A DNA stretch of 64,000 nt. Origin: Bacteroidales bacterium (GTDB lineage Bacteria > Bacteroidota > Bacteroidia > Bacteroidales > TTA-H9). The notes beneath the pieces are model-generated. The model was not told where the DNA came from and made no database searches. It saw only the letters and a list, made by a program, of their open reading frames with translations. The position numbers and the translations under genes are program-made. The DNA lies in assembly GCA_030656615.1 (NCBI GenBank), contig JAUSOY010000007.1, positions 27,814 through 91,813 of the forward strand. The letters run 5' to 3'. Of the stretch, positions 58,261 to 64,000 are shown piece by piece (the first letter of the stretch is position 1; every line of letters starts with the position of its first letter).

Positions 58261-59460
58261 TTAATTTGTGCGGCCCGGATATACCTTCAGCGCTTCCGCC
58301 AAACATATCATCGAATTTTTCAAATCATCCAGATTTAGGACGTATGATATGCGAACTTCATCCTTGCCTTTTCCCGGTGTCGCATAGAATCCTGTCGCAG
58401 GAGCCAACATAACAGTTTGCTTATTGTAATCAAAGTCCTCGAGTAACCATTGGCAAAACCGATCTGAATCGTCGATGGGCAAACGGGCAACAACATAAAA
58501 AGCGCCCTTTGGATTAGGGCAAAATGCCTGAGGAATTTTATTGATGGCCTCAACCACAAGATTACGTCGTGAAAGATATTCTTCCAGTACAGAAACGAAA
58601 TAGCTATCAGGAGTATCCAGAGCTGCTTCTCCGGCGACCTGCCCAAGAGAAGGAGGGCTGAGGCGTGCCTGAGCAAATTTCATGGCGGTAGCCATTACTT
58701 CCTTGTTTTTAGAAATCATACATCCAATGCGTACACCACAAGCCGAATAGCGTTTACTCACCGAATCGATAAGAATCACGTGCTGTTCCAATCCTTCCAG
58801 CTGCATTACCGAAAAATGCTTATGACCATCATAACAAAACTCTCTGTAAACTTCATCTGAGAAAAGATAAAGATCATGTTTTAACACAATTTTACGAAGC
58901 AATTCCAATTCTTCGCGGCTATACAAATAACCGGTAGGATTGTTTGGATTACAAACCATGATGGCCTTGGTACGTGGTGTAATTGCTTTTTCAAATTCAC
59001 TCATGGGAGGAAGAGCAAAACCTCCCTCGATATCAGAGGGGATGGGCTTGACAATAACGCCTGAATTAACAGCAAAACCATTATAGTTTGCATAAAAAGG
59101 CTCGGGAATAATTATTTCATCCCCTGGATCCATGGTTGATTGCATAGCAAATAAAATGGCTTCCGAAGCACCAGCAGCCACAATAATTTCGTCAGCACTA
59201 ACATGAATTCCAATCTTTTCATAATATCCTGCCAGTTTTTTACGATAACTCAGAACACCCGCCGAATGACTATATTCGATAACCTTATCGGAATAATTCC
59301 GGATAGCATCCAGGGCTACAGCTGGAGTTTCGATGTCAGGCTGACCTATATTTAAATGATAAACCTTAACGCCTTTTGATTTGGCAACTTCAGAATACGG
59401 TACAAGTTTTCGGATTGGAGACGAGGGCATTAATTGCCCCTTTATGGAAATTTTAGGCAT
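58261..59460 (-). CDS. PLP-dependent class I/II (aspartate-type) aminotransferase
   Basis: LNIGQPD, CNPNNPTG, SDEVY and DSVSKRYSACGVRIG (PLP lysine). Confidence 0.94.
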   Translation of the reverse strand: MPKISIKGQLMPSSPIRKLVPYSEVAKSKGVKVYHLNIGQPDIETPAVALDAIRNYSDKVIEYSHSAGVLSYRKKLAGYYEKIGIHVSADEIIVAAGASEAILFAMQSTMDPGDEIIIPEPFYANYNGFAVNSGVIVKPIPSDIEGGFALPPMSEFEKAITPRTKAIMVCNPNNPTGYLYSREELELLRKIVLKHDLYLFSDEVYREFCYDGHKHFSVMQLEGLEQHVILIDSVSKRYSACGVRIGCMISKNKEVMATAMKFAQARLSPPSLGQVAGEAALDTPDSYFVSVLEEYLSRRNLVVEAINKIPQAFCPNPKGAFYVVARLPIDDSDRFCQWLLEDFDYNKQTVMLAPATGFYATPGKGKDEVRISYVLNLDDLKNSMICLAEALKVYPGRTN

Positions 59461-59513
59461 AACACATATTATTGAAAAAAATAATCCCGACTGAGGGTCG
59501 GGAAATATTAATG

Positions 59514-59987
59514 CTATTTATTCATTGGAGCAGCTGCGCTGTTTTGATTCATGGGCATCGTTTCCGCAGGTCTTTCTACCACATTACCAGCGATTCGTAA
59601 GACTATCGGATTGTTGGAAGCATTGGAAAATACTGTAATCGTCTTATTGATAATTCCGAGACGATTAGTCGAGTACTTCACCTTGATGGTGTCTGATTTC
59701 CCGGGGAGAATTGGTTCACGGGGCCATTTGGGCACCGTACAACCGCAAGAGGAACGTACTTCGGAAAGAATCAAAGGTTCTTTTCCGGTATTTTTGAAGG
59801 CAAAATACGAATCACCATTGGAGTCCTTAAAAATGGTGCCGTATTCCCAAACAGGGTTATTCGAATTGTCAAGTAGCTTTTTATCAAAAGAAATGACCGG
59901 TGCATTTTTATTTTCAGCCTGATTCTGAGCTGAAAGCGTATAGGTCATTAGAAAAATAAAACCGAGAGAAATTAAAAGGTTTTTCAT
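59514..59987 (-). CDS. DUF1573 domain protein (exported)
   Basis: Signal peptide and FKNTGKEPLILSEVRSSCGCTVP...PILPG. Confidence 0.92.
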   Translation of the reverse strand: MKNLLISLGFIFLMTYTLSAQNQAENKNAPVISFDKKLLDNSNNPVWEYGTIFKDSNGDSYFAFKNTGKEPLILSEVRSSCGCTVPKWPREPILPGKSDTIKVKYSTNRLGIINKTITVFSNASNNPIVLRIAGNVVERPAETMPMNQNSAAAPMNK

Positions 59988-60147
59988 AACAAAATGCTTT
60001 TTAATAAAGAGTTTGGTTTACGCATGTTGTCCCGCAAAATTATAAATTAAATATTGCAGTAACAACAAAAGATTTTTAACCAATTTCGTGCCATAGGTAT
60101 TTAAAATAAGGACACCTGCCGTATTTTTGCAGAAGTAAAATATAAAT

Positions 60148-62253
60148 ATGGAAGCGCTGCATCTTTTTAAACTCCCATTTCATGAACCATTGCTTGTATT
60201 TGCACTGCTTTTAATTATTATTCTGCTTAGTCAGGTACTATTTCAGAAACTGAAACTTCCTGGAATGATTGGCCTTATTCTAGCAGGAGTCCTTATTGGC
60301 CCTAATGGTTTGCATCTAGTTGATAGAGAAGGCAGTATGCAATTGCTTTCTTCTGTTGGCCTCATTTATATCATGTTTCTTGCAGGATTGGATCTCGATC
60401 TGGATAAGATTAATAAAAGTAAAAACCGCAGCATAACTTTCGGAGTTCTTACGTTCATTATTCCATTTACATTGGGAATGTTAGCATGCACCTACCTCCT
60501 CGGGTTTGGTTTAGTGGGTTCACTTTTGGTTTCCAGTATGTTTTCGACGCATACCCTGGTATCCTATCCGATAGCATCCCGTTTGGGAATTACAAGAGAT
60601 GATGCGATACCAACAGCCGTCGGCGGAACCATTATTACCGATACCGTTGTACTATTGCTTCTTGCCATTATCACTGCAGGGCACTCGGGAACTCTGGATA
60701 CCGGTTTTTGGGTACGCATGGTCATTTCCTTAAGCATATACACGTTCATTATATTTTGGGGATTTCCGAGACTTACTCGTTGGTTTTTCAAGAATATTGA
60801 AGGAGAAAACACCACGCCCTTCATTTTTGTTTTTTGGCTGCTCTTGTTGGCCGGTATTTTATCCGTAATGGCAGGTCTTGAACCCATTATCGGTGCTTTT
60901 ATGGCAGGCCTAGCTATCAACCGAATGATTCCCCGTGAATCAATATTGATGAACCGTATCGAATTCGTCGGTAATGCACTTTTTATACCAATATTTTTAA
61001 TCAGTGTTGGTATGATTGTAAATCTTTCGGTACTTCTCGAAGGCCCTAGGGCAGTTTACGTAGCAATAACGCTTACTTCTGTGGCGCTGATTGGCAAGTG
61101 GCTGGCGGCATGGTTTACACAACATATTTTTAGAATGTCTGCCATTCAAAGGGGCGTATTGTTCGGACTCAGCAGTACACACGCAGCAGCTACCCTGGCA
61201 ATTATTCTCATCGGCTATCAGATTAATCTTATTGACATTCACGTGCTTAACGGGACTATTATCCTAATTCTGGTTACGTGTTTAACCGGATCTCTGGTTA
61301 CCGAAAAATCAGGTCGAAAACTCGCTATTAGTATGCAGGAACTTCCCATGGAGGATATTCAACCAACGGATAAAATCCTCATTCCTGTTGCTAACCCTGC
61401 TTCTGTTGAAAAACTGGTAAATTTTGCTTTTGCCGTAAAATCGAGTCATTATGACAACAAGGTGATTGCTCTGGCCGTTGTCAGTGACGATGAGGATGCA
61501 CGTAACCGCTTGTCAATTGTCCGGAAAAATCTGATGCATGCCGCTGAAAATCTTCCGGAAGCCAAAGCCCAATTAAAGATAAAATCCCGCATCGATTTAA
61601 ACATCGTATCGGGAATTATACATGCTTGTAAAGAAGAGCAGATTAATAGCATCGTTATCGGATGGGGTTCGGGTAAGAAGTTTTTTGGTACTGTGTATGA
61701 AAATCTAATTAAAGCGAGTCCGGGTGAAATAATCGCTGTGAATTTATTACAGCCTTTAAATACTTTAAAATATCTAAGAGTATTCGTACCTGCAAATGCC
61801 GAACTTGAGGCCGGATACCGTTCATGGATCTTCCGAATGGTAATGCTGCAAGAATACACCAAAGCCACACTTCAGTATTTTGGAGGTACCGAAGGTTTTA
61901 AACACTTTCAAAATGTCAGCAAACTCTTCAATACATCTTTTAAATCCACTCATTTTCTTTATAATGCAGAAAATGAGGTCTTCCCAGTCTGCCAAGCCGA
62001 CAGCTTAAATATCGTTATTGGAGCCAGACAATCCACCATTTCTTTCGCTCCATCAATGGAGAACCTCATTGCCGAATCAGGGAAAAATCATAACTTACAG
62101 AGTTTTTTAATCTTCTTTCCGGAACAAAATCCAAAGTATCAGCGTAGTGGAATGTTTAGTACTGAAGATTTACATTTAGCACCATTACAAGATAAGCTTG
62201 AAAAAATCAGTCACCTGAAGAAATTTATCGGCCGCATTTTTAATAAAAAATAA
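60148..62253 (+). CDS. CPA2 cation:proton antiporter with C-terminal USP-like domain
   Basis: GLILAGVLIGP, IITDT, EPIIGAFMAGL, FIPIFLISVG, and a cytoplasmic domain starting KILIPVANP. Confidence 0.92.
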   Translation: MEALHLFKLPFHEPLLVFALLLIIILLSQVLFQKLKLPGMIGLILAGVLIGPNGLHLVDREGSMQLLSSVGLIYIMFLAGLDLDLDKINKSKNRSITFGVLTFIIPFTLGMLACTYLLGFGLVGSLLVSSMFSTHTLVSYPIASRLGITRDDAIPTAVGGTIITDTVVLLLLAIITAGHSGTLDTGFWVRMVISLSIYTFIIFWGFPRLTRWFFKNIEGENTTPFIFVFWLLLLAGILSVMAGLEPIIGAFMAGLAINRMIPRESILMNRIEFVGNALFIPIFLISVGMIVNLSVLLEGPRAVYVAITLTSVALIGKWLAAWFTQHIFRMSAIQRGVLFGLSSTHAAATLAIILIGYQINLIDIHVLNGTIILILVTCLTGSLVTEKSGRKLAISMQELPMEDIQPTDKILIPVANPASVEKLVNFAFAVKSSHYDNKVIALAVVSDDEDARNRLSIVRKNLMHAAENLPEAKAQLKIKSRIDLNIVSGIIHACKEEQINSIVIGWGSGKKFFGTVYENLIKASPGEIIAVNLLQPLNTLKYLRVFVPANAELEAGYRSWIFRMVMLQEYTKATLQYFGGTEGFKHFQNVSKLFNTSFKSTHFLYNAENEVFPVCQADSLNIVIGARQSTISFAPSMENLIAESGKNHNLQSFLIFFPEQNPKYQRSGMFSTEDLHLAPLQDKLEKISHLKKFIGRIFNKK

Positions 62254-62258
62254 CCATC

Positions 62259-62786
62259 ATGATAAAAAAAATTTACTCCCTATTAATTGTATTATCCCTT
62301 TTCGGAGCATCTTGCGGTAAGCATATGCAGAAGTCGCAAATTTCCCAAAAACCAACTCAAGAGCCAATTTCGCAAATTCAGGTACCATCCCCACCGGTAA
62401 TTATTTACAAAACAAGAGGTAATTATCTTGAGAATGTACCCGTAGGACTTTCTTCCGATAAAAGAAATATTGTTTCATACCCCGATAAGAATGACGTTAA
62501 AAATGGAGGACAATTTCTATACCCTGATAAACTTGCTTCAGGCTTTTTATTTGATAATCTGGGCATAACAGCGGAATCGGGATTTCTTAAAATCACATAT
62601 ACTGAATATAGCCGACTCGAAAAAACACCATCCAATACTGAATTAATAAAATTAATTGCCGACGACAATCCATTTACAGAGATGTACCGTTGTCCCAGAC
62701 AATTACCAAAAGATAAAATGATAGATGAACTCAATACTCGGATTATGAATAATACGCTGGAAGAAAGGTGTAATAAAATAAAATAG
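62259..62786 (+). CDS. Hypothetical lipoprotein
   Basis: Lipobox GASC, then IIYKTRGNY..VPV.LS...IVSYP. Starts 5 nt after the antiporter stop. Confidence 0.7.
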   Translation: MIKKIYSLLIVLSLFGASCGKHMQKSQISQKPTQEPISQIQVPSPPVIIYKTRGNYLENVPVGLSSDKRNIVSYPDKNDVKNGGQFLYPDKLASGFLFDNLGITAESGFLKITYTEYSRLEKTPSNTELIKLIADDNPFTEMYRCPRQLPKDKMIDELNTRIMNNTLEERCNKIK

Positions 62787-63041
62787 TTTTGGGTTTATCT
62801 AAAAAACATATTCTTTTTGGTTTTTAAAAAACGCAGCGTGAGTACGGAATTTTCATTGTCGCATTCTCATTTTCATCGAATTAACATTCATTAAGATAAT
62901 AAAGTATGGAATAAACTGTGAAATGTTATAATTTTGCAGCCGAAAAATATCCTCAAAAAACAAAACCGATAATCTATTGTTAATAAGGGGATTGCTTGAG
63001 CGAAAATAATCGCATCGATTTACTAACTAATACTGAAGGAA

Positions 63042-64000
63042 TTGAATATCAATACGAAGATTCTTGATGGCAAAGGGCTTTATTACAGTTTTGTAGCAGG
63101 AGCTCAGCGCGTCTTTGATAACCAACAACACCTAAACAAAATCAACGTTTTTCCGGTTGCTGATGCTGATACAGGCACGAACTTCGCCTCAACCATGCGT
63201 TCGATCATCGAAACAGTCAATCCAAATGCCAACGTAAGGGTTACTGCTGCGGCGCTTGCCAATGCTGCACTGATTGGAGCCAGAGGTAATTCAGGTATTA
63301 TTTTCGCACAATTTCTATATGGATTTAGTGTTGAAATCAAATCGGAAGGTACAATCACGGTTGAAAGTTTTGCTAATAGTTTAAAAAACTCCGTAAAGTA
63401 CGCGTATGAAGCTATTTCCAACCCGGTTGAAGGAACGATGATCACAGTTATACGCGAATGGGCTGACCAGGTTTATTTATTAAAAGACACGGCCGAAGAC
63501 TTTAACAGTCTTTTAACTCAATCGATTCAAAAAGCTAAAATTTCTCTGGAAGAAACGAAGACTAAACTTGCCGTTCTTGCCAAAGCAGGTGTTGTTGATG
63601 CTGGAGCCAAAGCCTTCGTTCTGTTTCTCGAAGGCATCCTTGAATTTTTCCAGAAAGGATTGAAATTTCTTTTAGGAACAAAAAAATTGGTGAAGGTGGT
63701 CGAAATGGACGCAATCCTTCATGAAGAAATCACTTTCCGTTATTGCACCGAAGCATTGCTGGTTGGGCAAAATATGAATCACGAAAAAATCAAAAGAACC
63801 CTTGATAAACTTGGTGATTCACTTGTTGTTGCCGGATCTCCTGAAAAAACCCGCATCCATATTCACACAGATGAACCTACTCAGGTTTTTTATAAAATGC
63901 ATAAGCATGGTGATATCACCTACCAAAAAGTAGATGATATGATTTTTCAGAATAATGTAGTTTCGGCACCAAGAACCAAGGTGGCTATCATGACCGATTC
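63042..64000 (+). CDS. DAK2 (FakA-like) domain protein fused to a DegV (FakB-like) domain, 5' part (runs off the window edge)
   Basis: Not in the ORF track. Manual translation from the TTG at 63042 shows INVFPVADADTGTN, GARGNSG, PVEGTMITV, GVVDAGA, RYCTE, GDSL and IHIHTD, and ends in frame with KVAIMTD, the typical start of a DegV domain. Confidence 0.85.
   Translation, partial: MNINTKILDGKGLYYSFVAGAQRVFDNQQHLNKINVFPVADADTGTNFASTMRSIIETVNPNANVRVTAAALANAALIGARGNSGIIFAQFLYGFSVEIKSEGTITVESFANSLKNSVKYAYEAISNPVEGTMITVIREWADQVYLLKDTAEDFNSLLTQSIQKAKISLEETKTKLAVLAKAGVVDAGAKAFVLFLEGILEFFQKGLKFLLGTKKLVKVVEMDAILHEEITFRYCTEALLVGQNMNHEKIKRTLDKLGDSLVVAGSPEKTRIHIHTDEPTQVFYKMHKHGDITYQKVDDMIFQNNVVSAPRTKVAIMTD

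Noticed and set aside
60079-60093. Sigma54-like site TGGCACGAAATTGGT on the minus strand upstream of the DUF1573 gene
   Set aside because: The -12 element is poor, and a good TAATTTTG box at 60035-60042 already explains transcription; not enough support.

Overview
AT-rich chromosomal window from an anaerobic Bacteroidota (Bacteroidales-like) genome, judged from recurrent TAnnTTTG -7 promoter boxes, no obvious Shine-Dalgarno sites, and DUF349, DUF1573 and DUF3857 genes. The first 12.5 kb is a divergent [FeFe]-hydrogenase locus. The minus-strand arm runs hydC-hydB-hydA-like, hydrogenase-domain histidine kinase, receiver protein, REC-kinase hybrid, rex and hydG (truncated by the window). The plus-strand arm is an hfsABC-like set: 2Fe-2S protein, PAS-linked hydrogenase-like sensor and PP2C/SpoIIE phosphatase. 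Two tandem Rex-type boxes lie between the arms. All three hydrogenase-fold proteins deviate at catalytic positions, and the HydA-like subunit lacks the canonical proton-transfer glutamates, so the locus may be a signalling assembly rather than a plain H2-producing enzyme. The rest holds a GH127 gene with an in-frame amber stop, a TolC/MFP/ABC exporter with three permeases and a likely sigma54 promoter plus enhancer boxes, a DUF3857 transglutaminase pair behind a 53-bp tandem duplication, housekeeping genes (ppdK, typA, lon, ADP-forming acetate-CoA ligase, RNase H, aminotransferase), an HTH + nucleotidyltransferase (type IV TA-like) pair with a palindromic operator, and a partial DAK2-DegV fusion. 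No rRNA, tRNA, CRISPR array or transposase was seen. All calls come from motif recognition by eye; no database searches were run.
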